Assembly: GCA_022813865.1 (NCBI GenBank)
Contig: JALDZX010000007.1
Location: forward strand, 124,001 to 188,000
From: Xylographa opegraphella
Taxonomy: Eukaryota
Length of the DNA: 64,000 nt
Direction of reading: 5' to 3'
Part shown: one piece after another, positions 24,487 to 37,013 of the stretch
How the letters are laid out: each line of letters begins with the position of its first letter
Numbering within the stretch: the stretch's first letter is position 1
Program-made: the position numbers and the translations under genes
Notes under the pieces: model-generated
Told to the model about the DNA's origin: nothing
Database searches by the model: none
Seen by the model: only the letters and a program-made list of their open reading frames with translations

Positions 24487-25577
24487 GGACGGCATTAATT
24501 GGATCGCACGTATCAATACTCCATATCGATCCCGGACATTTGGGTCAAGTGCGATTGTAGCACAGATGACGTTGGCTGTTGTATGTGGCAAGTCCACTAT
24601 CACGTTCACGTTCACGTTCAGGCCGAGCTGTCAGACTCGGCGGGACCGGGCTCATTGTAGCCGTCGGGGCGGCGTAGCGCGACAACCGCCATGCTTAATC
24701 CGACTTGTCTAGACCACTTTGAGTAAGAGCCAGACCCTGGACGGCGGGGAAGGTCCGAGAAGGGCATAGCGTGTGCTGCTGACTGAAAACCAAACCACGG
24801 TTCAGGGAAAATTAAAGATTTTTGAGACGAACGTTCTGGAGATCAAACAGCTCGATTATTGCTCATTTGTACTCTGGAAGTACCCTTGACAAACCATGAG
24901 ATCATAGCAGTGGCACAGGTCGCAGTTTGCCAGCAGCAATCATCAATGTTGTAGGATCGCTTCCTCCTGGGAAGTGCTGACAAGGAGTCGGCGAAGCATC
25001 ATCATCATCTTTCGAGACTGGCACTGGGACATCAGATCTGGAACCACGACCTCAACGTCGCCGTCTAACACGTGAGCTTCTGCATCACAATTCGACACTG
25101 CGACAACGATACGTGGATACCGGTTTCCTAGCTGTCGTATCCCAGCCACTGCCCAGGTTGAATAATACGAAAGGGGATCACCGTTCTTCCCTTGATCAGC
25201 GTCTGCCCCTGATGGTGGCTGACTGGCCGGCATATGCACTACCACTCCCACGTGTTGGAGCGAGTACCTTAAGGCTTGGGTCTCATCCTTCCTCACGCCA
25301 ATCCTCATGCTTGCGCCCCCAGTCTAAGTTTCTTGGAACCTCCCATGTCAGAGCTAGAATAATGTAGAGCAATTACACTCCCAATCTTGAACGGTGCCTT
25401 CACGTGAGCAGTAAGTACTATCATTTTCTAGCACTAGTTGCTTAGTTACACCGCTATCCATGGTTTTGTCAGCTCTTGGTCCGTTGCGGTCGATATATGA
25501 CACAATGCTGCTGCTCGTTTGCTCAGAGTACGCCTTGATTCCTCAGTCTCTCTCGTTTTGTCCTTCGCTGCCTGACC

Positions 25578-26732
25578 ATGGACACTCCTCCCGAAGGCGG
25601 TGATGTGGATCAAGCTCCGTTGCTGGATGGCGTATCGTGGTCTCTTACATGTGTTGCTTTGTGCTTCGTCGTCACTCGAGTGTACAGTCGGATTCGTCTG
25701 ACGAATAACATGTGGTTTGACGACTGGTTCATCATCCTCACAATGGTATGTCACGTCCAGGAATATCCACCGATACCGCTTCAGTCCTTCTGACCGTTGC
25801 ACCAGGTATTGACGCTTTCTTTTACTATCATTTGGACCGTTTATGGCCAAGTCGGAGGCTGCCGCCACGTCTACTACCTATCTATTCCGCAGCAAGAATC
25901 AGCCACGAAATTGAACTGGATCTCACAAGCATTCTGTATCATGGCTATCGCCTTTGGCAAGGTCTCGGTAGCTTTCCTAATCCTGCGCCTCGGACCTCGT
26001 GATAAGCTCCGCCGACGACTTCTCTATTTCGCTGCCGCCAGCATGACAATCCTGTATACTGTCGAATCCATTATCACATTTGCGCAATGCTCCCCACCAC
26101 GCGCGCTGTGGACGTTCGACCTTCCTGCCAGATGCTGGCCCAGCAAAGCCCTGACCATTTCGGCCCTCACGTTGTCCGCTTACAGCGCCCTTCTGGACAT
26201 CGTGCTCCCGTGCATCGCCGTCTCCATCATCTGGAAGCTACAGATGCCTCTACGGAAAAAAATTGAGCTCAGTATGATCCTCAGCACGGGGCTTTTCGCC
26301 TGCGTGTGCGCCTGCGTGAAGATGTCGTACCTGCCCGCGCTGGAAACGATCGGGGCGGACTTCACATGGGATACCGTGACCTTGTTTATCTGGAATACCG
26401 TCGAGATCAACGTGGTGATCATCGCCGCTTGTATCCCTGCACTGCGCCCGGTTTATCTGCTCATCTTCCGCCGGCCTGGCGCTGAAGCGTACTCATCCCG
26501 TAACAAGAGCCACCAGATGCACTCGGTTGGCCGCGAGGCGCCCGTCCCACTTAAGCCAAACACAAACAGTGATGCGGACCCGCCAAATGGCTGGGAGGAT
26601 AGAACCAATCTGGTCAGTTTTCCAACACATAGTGGCATAATGCAGACCGTCGACTTGGATGTCGACTTCGAAGACGCTGTGCCTAGGCAGCCGAGGAACT
26701 GTGTCCCTATGGACGGGAGAGCTATGGTCTGA
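25578..26732 (+). CDS. PTH11-like 7TM integral membrane protein (fungal rhodopsin-like domain, no CFEM); intron 25746-25805
   Basis: RVYSR...WFDDWFI, KVSVAF, FAQCSPPRALW, WKLQMPLRKK, VEINVVIIAACIPALRP. Confidence 0.9.
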
Positions 26733-27907
26733 TGCGACTCATACCAAGGCTGTGTTCGTTGCCCACCAGATTGCAGGATACGGCGCCAAAAGAACAAATT
26801 GTAAGCCCAGTACAAAAATTACGTCTCTTTCAAAGCATCAAACATCCGCGATAATCAATCAGCGCTTACGATTTTGCGATCCGCATTCCTTGTTCAATCC
26901 AGCAGCGGAGCCCATCCACTCGACTGAAATTTTTTTGTAAGTCGGATTGTCGATTGCAGCCGAGTAGAACCCGACGGCTCCCCGTTCGCCAAAGCCACCG
27001 GCTACAATGCAGTCGTGAAGTGCTATCCGTTCCGAGGTTTTGCCCGAATCATAGAGACCCAGACGCCCAGCAGGCCAAACGCGTCCCGTCCGCCATCTGA
27101 CCCTCACAATCCACCGCATAACTAGTGTCAGCAATCCACGCGCGTCCATTTCCAGCTATTGCAGCTACAATTGACTTGCGTCAACAGAAAAGCAGTCCAC
27201 CTCTCTCCTTAACGGGTTCCTGGATTCGGGACTTCCTTCTGGCCCCTTACCTGCAGCTGGACTACTAACCACTGTTGTACCCGGTCGCAATTGAATCGCA
27301 AGATCCCCATTCTTCTCCTTGGCGCAGACAGTTGCGAGTATTGACCCAAGAGTTCGGGCCGTCAGGTTCGCGGCAATGTAGGACTCCGCTACTCTTTGGA
27401 TTGTCCTGAATGTCCAAAATATGTGCTTCGGACGTGCATGCAAGCCGCTGAGACGCGCGCGGTAATGGGAGCGGTGGGCCTTTGACTGCACAATCGACAC
27501 TGCTGGGTTGGATCCTCGCAAAGCCCTTATCAGCCGTGGAGAGATCTCTGTATATAGACTTCATGTAGGGCCACATGACCGTATGTGTACGATATACGGA
27601 GATATTAATAGATCAGTTGCAACTGTGGCCCTCGGGTTACCCACAAACATATATAATCATTCACGCGCACAGCGACGAGCTGTATCTCTATAAATACGAA
27701 TCTATAGACCGTATAGCTGTAGTAGTAGAACTAGCCGTGGTACCATCTCCACCACAGGGAGTACGATCCAGATAGACCGTCCCGGTCCCTGCACATCTTC
27801 CCCACCCACTTCTTTTTTTTCCTCCTCAGAATCTGGATTCGCCAAGCCACGTGACTGTGTGATCCGCTGCTATGCGCAGACACCATCTACCATACTACGA
27901 CACGCAT

Positions 27908-30125
27908 TCACAGCTTCGCCTTCGGCGCATCCAGCGCGGGGAGCAGGATGTCGCGGATATCGCCCGCGGCCTCGTTGAGGTAGAAGCTCATGCGCTCGCT
28001 GCCGAGGCCCTTGCTGACGATGTTGAACTGGATACTAGGGAGCACGAGATAAAATGTCAGCTCTGCCATCTCTCACAAAACACACGATATACTGCAAACT
28101 CCCTGCCTGCCGGCGACGGCCCCACACTCGCCGCTGCGCGTCCGAAAAAGCAAGGGTTGGAAAACAGTGAGCAGCAAGCAGCAAGCGCGCAACATACCTA
28201 TTCTCATTAATCATGTACGCGATGCCGAACCCGTCATCGACGACCTGACTCCAGCCGTAGCCGTTGAAGTACTCGCTGCTCAGCTGGCTCGTGCTCAAGA
28301 ACCACGTCGAGCTGTAGGCGAAAGCCTTGTCCGCGTACAGCGCCGGCAGCTCCTCCCCCTCGCGCAGACACTTCTTCAGCCCGTACAGGTGCCGATCCAC
28401 GCCCTTGCCGTCGCTCGCGTCGCTGATGTAGCGGACGTGCGCATCGACGGCGGCGCGGAAGCGCGTCGCGCATTCCTCCGGCGGGATCTCCGGGTCGGCC
28501 ATCGCGTTGCAGAAGGCGACGCTCTCGTCCGACACGGAGCGGCAGGTCTCCGTGCGGCCTTGCTGGAAGCGGCGCGTGGCGGCGGACTCGTAGGTTGGCC
28601 GGTTGAGGCCGAACATCTTGTGGTAGGCGAGCTGGATGATCATCTGCACGTATGCGTCGGGGGAGGTCTTGAATTTCTTGATGAGGCCTTTACCGTAGCC
28701 CTGGTAGGCCTGCACCCGTAGTTCGTGCTGGCCGATGACTTCCTCGAAGTCTTTCGTGGCGCGCTGGATCTCGTGCTTGACGTCGGTGTTGAGGTGGAAT
28801 TTGAGAGGCTGCGGTTCGGGGAGGTCGGAGCGGACGGAGGGGTTGTTGAAGTCGAGCTTGTTCGTGAAGATGAGCATGTTGACGTAGTCGTTGAGGCGAT
28901 GGGTCGGCGTGCCGTCCATCATACTGTGCTCACCCATGAAGCCGGAGGTGCCGTTGTCGTTGACGATGAATTGAATCGGTTTGTCGAACCAGCGATTACT
29001 ACCGTCACCATGCCAATATTGGTGGGCGCGTTCTTCAAGGGTGACTGGTGCGGCGTCATCGAGGCAGACTACGAACGAGGAGGCCTCAATGGCTTTAAGC
29101 GCGGCGGCATTCGAAGGATGCGCAGAGAGGATTTTGGAGCGGGCATCAGTCCAAATATCTCTGTTCTCGGTCGTGAGGATCCCCACGCCTGGTGCTCTCT
29201 CAGCTTTCTCATAGACCCGACGGAACTGCTGCTCCAACTCCGAAGTATTGAGCTGTTGCCCGCCGACTTCGTGTATAAGTTTGAAGAATTGGTTTTTGCG
29301 CACAACAACGATAAACTTGTTCTCTTCTGCATTATATTTGACGGGGTGATCCCCCGGCTTAGAAGGTATCCGACACGCGTTGAACATCCACTGGTAGGAT
29401 TCCATACTGATAGGGAGTCTTTTCATGTACTCCGGCTCCAGAGTGCCTGAGTCAACCTGTTTCTTGAACTCAAGTGCTGCTATGGTCAGGGATGCTGCTC
29501 GCTTAGAAGGATTTCTGCGCCGCCGATCATCTCTATGCGAATAGAAATAACTAACATATGGCACGACCGGGTCACGATAGCCAAGGTAAGCCGCCTCGTT
29601 CCACCACTCGTAAAGCCAATTCTTGTGTTTTGGGTCCGCCTGGCGGGCTTGCAGCCTCTTTTGCAGCTGCTCTGCTATACTACCGGGCTTTGTGAAGTCC
29701 TTGACAGCTTTCTTTGTGTTCTCGAACTCCGAACTGTTCAAGAGAGGGTGAACCGATTTGAGGTAGCGTTGGGCAGTCTCCTCGAGGGTAGGGACTGGTA
29801 AACGGGGAAGCGAGTCTTCGAAACGTAGCATAGGGCCCCTCGAGGTATCTTCTCGGTATCCTGTAGCAGTGAAACGTCAACACCAACCTACCTCTCGCCC
29901 GAGACAGGACTCCGGCAAAGTGAGTCTTCATACCTTCCCGAAGAGAGGATTGTTTCCTTCGAACAACAGTCGGAGCCATCACAGCAGCCTACACTCTTCG
30001 CATCAGAAAGTTCCATACTTATTCCTGGCATAGGGGGTGCGACATACCTTAGATACAGTCCACGAGAGCGATGAAGGGCGCAGTGCTGATGCTACGGGAA
30101 TCCGTGTTTTTGCAACGTGCAACAT
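27908..30125 (-). CDS. CAT2: Carnitine O-acetyltransferase, mitochondrial/peroxisomal (CAT2/AcuJ); introns 29989-30047, 29861-29933, 28035-28197
   Basis: LPRLPVPTLEET, NRWFDKP, catalytic EHSMMDG, TYESAATRRFQQGRTE; spliced C-terminus ...PKAKL (PTS1). Confidence 0.95.
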
Positions 30126-30298
30126 CACAAAGAACTTCGAACGACGAAGGGAAAGTTAAAAGCTATGATGCCGAAGTAAAGGTAATAAGCACGCCGCAAG
30201 AGAATTTCACAGGCAATGAAAAGTAGAACGTGAATTGGAAAATCGCAAGAGCACGCATGCAGCAATGTCATGGCACGCTCCAGCCCCGATCGTCCGAG

Positions 30299-30363
30299 CC
30301 GAGGTTAACAGAGGTACGGAGTTACGAAATATGGGGAATCACGCTAGCGGGGTAAAGCCGAGG
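30299..30363 (-). promoter_or_regulatory. Two CCGAGG/CCTCGG FarA/FarB-type fatty-acid response cores (30299-30304, 30358-30363)
   Basis: Read directly 175-240 bp upstream of the CAT2 ATG; this core is the established Far site of fatty-acid utilisation genes. Confidence 0.55.
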
Positions 30364-30602
30364 ATCTCGGTCTAACTATACTCCGCTCGTCTGCCTGCTT
30401 GTGTGTGAATGGAATGTAGCACATCTTCAGTCGCTTCTCCTCTTTATTTATCTTCGAAAGCATGGAACCGCATACAATTAGGTAGACCATGATGTAATGG
30501 TCGATATGATATCCTACTTGAGCCTCTTACTTTCCAACCCAACTCTCGCCCTCACCATGCATAGATCGATATGTATATCGACAACAGATACAGTACACAA
30601 TA

Positions 30603-33452
30603 TCAAACCTCTACTCCCTCTACCTTCCTCAGAAATTCCCGCACTCGCCCGACCTCTAAGTTCTGGCCCTTCTCGCCTTCGACGGCGGTGATGAGCCCAT
30701 CAATCAGCGTATCAAGCTTACTCTCGTCGACATGGGTACACAACGCCACCACCCTGCGGAGTTTCTTCTCCATCTCCACACTCCGACTCTTCATCTGCGC
30801 TGTGTACTCCTCCAGACCGGCGTTGTGAGCCTGATAGGCAGTCACCCGGGCACGAAGAACTTCTACCCGCTCCAAGGACGACAGGTAAGCGTGCTGCTGT
30901 GGTGGTACTTGGAAAGGCTCAGAGCCCGAAGTGGATGGCAGGGAAGCAACGTCGATATTGAGTCCAGCGTCGGCATCACCAATTTTGACATCCAGGCGGA
31001 TTTTGTTGCTACCATTTGATCCGCTCCGCGTAAGCTGCATCTTTTGCTCCTCGTTGACACGCCGCAGGTTGGTGACTCGCTGCTGCATCTCTTTCCGCTT
31101 GTCAACTTTTCGCTGCAGATCTTCAAGACGGCGTTTCTCGTCGCTCAACAGGATACTTGTTTCGCGAAGTTTCGCGTGTGTTTGGTCGATGCGGGCTTGC
31201 TTTGATTGTACTTCCGTGCGGAATGAAGTCTCGGTATCCGAAAGAAGGGCTGTAATTGCTGTTGAAAGATTAGTCAATTTACTATGAAGTTCAGTGCCAA
31301 AGTCTCTTACACGACATAAGGTCACGACTGCTATCGCCCACTTTGGCTATTGCGCTTCTTCCCTGGACAGGAAGAGTTTGTGAACTGGACTGCTGCGCGT
31401 CCAAAGGCTCTGGATCACCACCGACACCGAAATCCGTAGGCTTCAGACCTCCGCGATTTGCAATTGTAGGATCTGCACCTACTTCGAGGAGCTGCTGTAT
31501 GATGCTTTTGTTACCAATTCGCGCTGCTAAATTCAAAGCTGTATCTCCAGAAAGGTCGGTAGCATTGACGATTTCGGACAAGAATCTGGCGAGACCGATG
31601 GACTTCGGCTTTGGCATAGGATCGGATGGTCCATTAAAAGAGTTCTGCTGGCTGTTTGCGGAGCTGCCTTGACGGACCACGAACTCAAGCAGAGATTCGA
31701 GATAGTATCGACAACATGGGCTTCGGCCTTTGACAGCAGACGCTAGCGCAATGTGATGTAACACCGTCCGTCCACGCCCATCCCGCATCTCAATCGTGGG
31801 CCCAAGAAGTTCGAGCAATTCTGCGAAAGTTCCGGCTTCATGATTATTTGTAGTTATCGCGGCTCTTATCAAGCCATTCTCACTTCCTCCGTTGACACGG
31901 AACATGTTGGCTCCCTTGGCAATCAGTAACCTTAACAGTGACGTTTTTGCCAGCGCGGATGCCCAATGGAGAGCAGTATTCGCAGAGGCATCTATTGGAA
32001 TATCGAGGTCGTCACCAGAAAGCTGTTGGAGCGTCTCATGGTCGAAAAATTCTCCGCGGCTCGGATGTTTGAACAGGCTTAGCAGGAGACCCGCTTTGTC
32101 CTTCGCAGACTTGCTACTAGGCTGAGGAAGAGGCGGTAGTCCTACGATTGTGTAGTCCATATTTGCTTCCATGTGGTTTTGTGGCGCGTAGAGGAAGGAT
32201 TCATTAGGTTCTGTAGGTGTGATATCTCTCATCGATCTATCGTATCCTCCGTTGATTTCCTGGACGTATGTGTCATGACTGGAGGACGGCCTTGGCCGCT
32301 TTCGCGGTGGTTCCTGCATATCAGAGTTCTGAAGCTGAGGATTGGTAAAGTATGGAGTGGCATGGGCTCCGAAAGCCGGTTCTAGCTGTCCATTTATCCC
32401 AAAGCTTCCGTCCATATGTAGGCTTTCCATACTCTGTTGGCTACTCCCAGGAAAAGCAGATTCCTGACTTCCTAACATTTGCTGCGATGGTCTCTTAACG
32501 GGTGGTGCTGGCCTTTTATTTCCACTTCCAGGCCTTGGTCCTGGCGAGTCAAATCTGGCTTTATTGATAGCATTGACTGCGCTTGCTGCGGAAGCGGATA
32601 TCTTCTGGAAGAAAGTACCATTTGGAGACTGTGCAGGAGGTCGATTTTCGACTCCACCGTTGTACATCATCTTCTTCCGCTGAGCCGCCATTGCCTGCTC
32701 CTTCGTCGGAGTCTCTTGAGCACCCTGACCGGCTTGAGTGACTCCATCCTGTCCCATATCATATTCGAGCAGAGGGCGAAGCAATTCCTCGACTCCATAT
32801 TGTTGACAGAATTCCCGGCCTCTCCTGTAGTTTATCCAAGTGCCTTGGTATTTACCATATCCTCCCTGAACTTTCTCGTGCTCCCCAGCCAATATCTCCT
32901 TCTCTAGGACTTTGGTACGCTTGCCTTTCTCAATGCCTGCGACTTTCAATATTTGCGTCGCATTCAACCATGAATCATGACGACGGCGCATGACCGCTAC
33001 TCGATTGACTTCCATCTCGTAGACTTGCACTCCAGAGTAGACCGCCTGCGAACGAGTTTTAGTCAGTATATCGCCCCACGACAGATAGAGTTTTTCGCGT
33101 GAAGCGGAACCGGCCTGTGCCTGAGGCTACTCACGGTGTAAATCTGTGGTTTTTGAACTGGTACGTATTGATGCTGCGACATATTGCCGTTGACGTCTGT
33201 ATATCCTCTCGGCGGACCTTGCTGCATATGGATGGGGCCCATTGGTCCATAACTGCTCATACTAAAAGACATTGGCTGTTGCTGACCTCTTGAAGGAGGA
33301 GGTGTTTGTGTTGGAGTCGATGCTACTGAATGTGATCCGGAAAATGGAATAACGTCTCCGTTCATGAGTTGATTGCCACCAATGGACGAACCAGTGCTAT
33401 CGCGAGAGTATGCTGGGGTAGGGTATTGTGCGGCCTGGATTGCCAAGGCCAT
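30603..33452 (-). CDS. SWI6: APSES (KilA-N) plus ankyrin G1/S transcription factor, Swi6/Cdc10 type; introns 33046-33134, 31259-31310
   Basis: IYTAVYSGVQVYEM...WLNATQILKVA...VQGGYGKYQGTW; ankyrins NTALHWAS, GDTALNLAAR; C-terminal RRVVALCT...VGRVREFL. Confidence 0.85.
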
Positions 33453-34162
33453 GAGGTCGGGAGTATGCAATCGACTGGTGTGCGTTTGAAGATCGAAACC
33501 GGATGGTCCTAAAGTGTTGAGTCGCTATGAGGCAATCTGATCAGTCAATTATGGTTACGGAAATGAGTATCTGAATCTCACCACTTCACCAATGCGGCGC
33601 TGCTCTTCCTGGCCAGACGTGTCGCGTTATCCCAATTAGACGTAAATTGCTTTTGACTTGGCGCGTCCTCTGTGGAGCATGAGCGTGGCGCGTGTCGCGA
33701 CGTTTCGGGGTTGTCGTTCCTACCTACCCAATTCGACTTATGCAGTATCATTAATGAACAGGAAGACCTGATCTTCTTTGCTCCATACGCATTGCGCGAG
33801 TAGAAGCCACACCTGTGAAGATCTTCGTGTCGCGGGGTTCCAATAGGTGGATCTCGCTTCTCGATCGCGGGTAAACTTGAGCTTGAACGGTCACGAGGGG
33901 CACAAAAAGGTTCGGACTTTTCCTGCACTCACTGTGGGAAGTGAGGCCCCTGTGTAGTCCCTATCGCATAGGGAGTCTCCTCTCTGTCACACTCGCTCGA
34001 TAGGTCGCACCCGGTAATCGGTTAGTAGACGTCCAACTAAATATCTGATGGCTTAAAGGGGATTACATTACAGCCAGCCCCTTGTACTGATATAATTGCT
34101 TTTCATACTACGAGACATGACCTTCAGCTATTTTACATCATCTACTCAAATCCAAGATGAGT

Positions 34163-35842
34163 TCATGTATCATTGCTCGACATCCAAGCAGAGTGATACC
34201 TTGCTGTACATTCCTTATCGCAACTCGTACAGATCCACCACCTCGGACCTTGTGCATCAACGACTTTCTCGCACTTCACGCAGATCTTGCTGGCCCTGGA
34301 CACCTGCGCCAATTCCTTCTCCTCTCTCGTCTCATGGACTGCAAGGACACCGTGAGTTCCGAGCTGAGAGCAATTTCTACATAGCTCCCTAACTGTGGTG
34401 CTTTCTGGGTCGTGTCCGGAACATGCGCTAGGCCGGGGCTTCAGACCACCCTTGGTGAACTTGCTGGTGCAGCAAGACCTGTAGAAGCACTTGGAGCAGA
34501 TGAGCTTGCAGGTGTCGAGGTGCCGGGTAGTCGCGGGGATCTCGAGTGCCTGGAATGTCGTGCAGTCCTAACAAGGCTCGAGTTAGCCATGCTTAAAGGA
34601 GGGCCTAACCCAGGCTCGCATACAATACAAATCTGGATTCTGCAGCTCCAGCACGCCGACATCCTCCCTTTTGCGCAGGATAATTTTCTCAATGCCTTAT
34701 GGGACCTAGTTTCAAGGGTACTACGGATTGTCTTCGAGACCAGTCCTAGATTCACTATATCTACATAATGCAGTCCCGTCAATATAGAATCTAGGACTGG
34801 ACTGTAGCACGTGAGAACGACTTCCAGGGTGGACCTTCTTCCGTCATAAACCATCTGGCTCTTGTTGTATAGCTCGGGGATTGTGACAACGGACGTTTCG
34901 ACCCGACCATCAAGATCTTTCGTATTCTTCGAGAATGAACCCATCGCTAGTTCTGTCGTATATTCCACCGACTGTGATTTCTTCTCACGGTAGCGAAACC
35001 AGTACCGGAAGCCTGAAACCATTATGACTGGGAGGGGTTCGAAGCACAACCAGAGAAAGCAAAAAGGACACAAAAGCATTACGAGAAAAGCGCGAAGGAA
35101 CCAGCATAGATCAGCACCCAGAGTGCTTGGCGGCTGCCGAGGAGGTAAGAAAAAGTAAAATCTCACGGCCATGATCCAAGAAATCAGGCTGACTATGCCC
35201 AAAAATATACTGCGTGCAAGTCAGTACTCATGCTGGGGTAGGAGGCCATCACCCCTCACCCCACAGCTATATCCAGTTCCCAAACATATAACAGAGTGTG
35301 GCATGTATCTTCCGCGGTAGTTGTATTTCCCGCAATGGCTTCGAACAACGTAGGTGCACTGGTGTTGTACGTGTGACTGTAGGGCCACACGTCCGCATTC
35401 CAACACTTTCCCAGCGGCTCTGGTAAAAACGTGGATATGAAATAGGCTGCTGAGAGGAATCCCGCTACGCACCCAGCGTTGAGAAGCCCAGTGAATAAGT
35501 AAAAACGTCCGTTTAATTTTGTCATAGCACAGGCGCATACTGAAGAAACCACGATCCCAGCAAGGGCCACGATTGACTAGAAAAACCGCGATGTGTTAGT
35601 CACGAAAGGGAAATGTTAAGTTTCGTTACAAAAACAGCACAGAGGCCTACCAAGCCGTTCGTGAGAGCCACAGATGGTTTAATATAAGGCGAGTAAGGAG
35701 GCTCGGAGACCTCCGGAAAGTTCCAGACGAGAAGGTGGAAATCATTAGCGGATGCGAAAAGGAACCAGACTGGCAACAGAATCAATAGGCACAGTATGGT
35801 ACTCGACCATGCTATTACTTTTTTTTGTAGGCTGAGAGGCAT
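34163..35842 (-). CDS. Uncharacterised protein: multi-pass membrane N-half, F-box-like segment, Cys-rich C-terminus; introns 35577-35629, 35210-35258, 34568-34623
   Basis: Three canonical introns join four open exons. The last exon (DCTTF...CKLICSKCFY...LCRNC...CVKC...RWWICTSCDKEC) is missing from the ORF track. Confidence 0.7.
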
Positions 35843-37013
35843 CTGAACGCGTAGGAATCTTATTCTACACAAATGATGCCGGAGTAAACAGTTGTAGTTA
35901 ACGGTGCGATGCACTCCACGGCGGTACAAGGCGGTGAAAGATTCTGTTCGGGTCACTCGAGAGCAAGGCCTCAATGAACATTCTTAAAGCTAGAATCTGT
36001 CAAAGGCGCTCTCTGTGACGAGACAGTGAAGCCTTGTGTCAACCAGCCGCCCTGTTACCCCATGTTGTGGCTGCACGGCCGGACGGGTATTGGTTGCGGT
36101 CAGCCTCGCCTAAGCAGGCGTGCTCGCGACACTGGACTTGATAGCGGATAAGCCAGGTCTAGCCAATTAAGCGCACTCTTCTAAGGCAAGTCGACAATGT
36201 CAGGTCCGACTATGAGCCACACGTGTTTCGAGTATCCATTGTCGATGCTGTACTTGAAGTAGGAGTTCTTGTCACCAAAGGAAATTCCCTTTCAAGAATA
36301 CTACGGAGGTACCCGCCAATTGATGATTTCAAATCTGGCAAGCTTCAACTCACCAAATCCGTAGTAAATTGTTTCGCCGTAAAGAAATACAATGCCTTGT
36401 TGTATGTCGGTCTGAATAGCCTTGTGCGCTATACTTCTCACAGCTCTTGGTGACTGAGTATCCTAAGATTCTCTACGGAGGTACAATAGTGCAGATCGAG
36501 TCCAGACTATCCGGCCGAGAGCTTCGAACTGGTGTCTTTTGAAAGCGAACGACACTCTGCTGGCAAAAGGATAATGAGCCTATCGGCAGACTCGTGTGAA
36601 GTGTACGCCATGGGGGCCATTTTAACAATACTTGTAAAGCACCTAGGAAAGGTACCTAGGTAAGGTACCTACCTCGCCTATCTATCTACCTTAGGTTAGC
36701 GGTACTACTAGCGTGGAAATACAATATTATCACGTGACCTTTGTTAGCGCGCGTTGATCGTTTCCATTCAAACATCGCCCGAGATAATCGTAAAGCTCGA
36801 AGTTCTTTCTCTCCAATCTTCAACCCACGCCCACAGCAACCATACCACTCACCCAATCGCCAATCCCCTCTCCACCCCCAACCACGACAGCACCGACCCA
36901 GGACCCCGACTCCCGCAATGACCGAGCAACACCTCCACCTCGCTCAACCACCAGCCCGACCACAGTAACGCCCGTCCCCCCCAAAAACCCTCCCACCACC
37001 CACCCTCACCAAC

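Noticed and set aside
36638..36700. TAGGTA/TACCTA-rich palindromic patch
   Set aside because: Common low-complexity intergenic motif in these fungi; no element boundaries.
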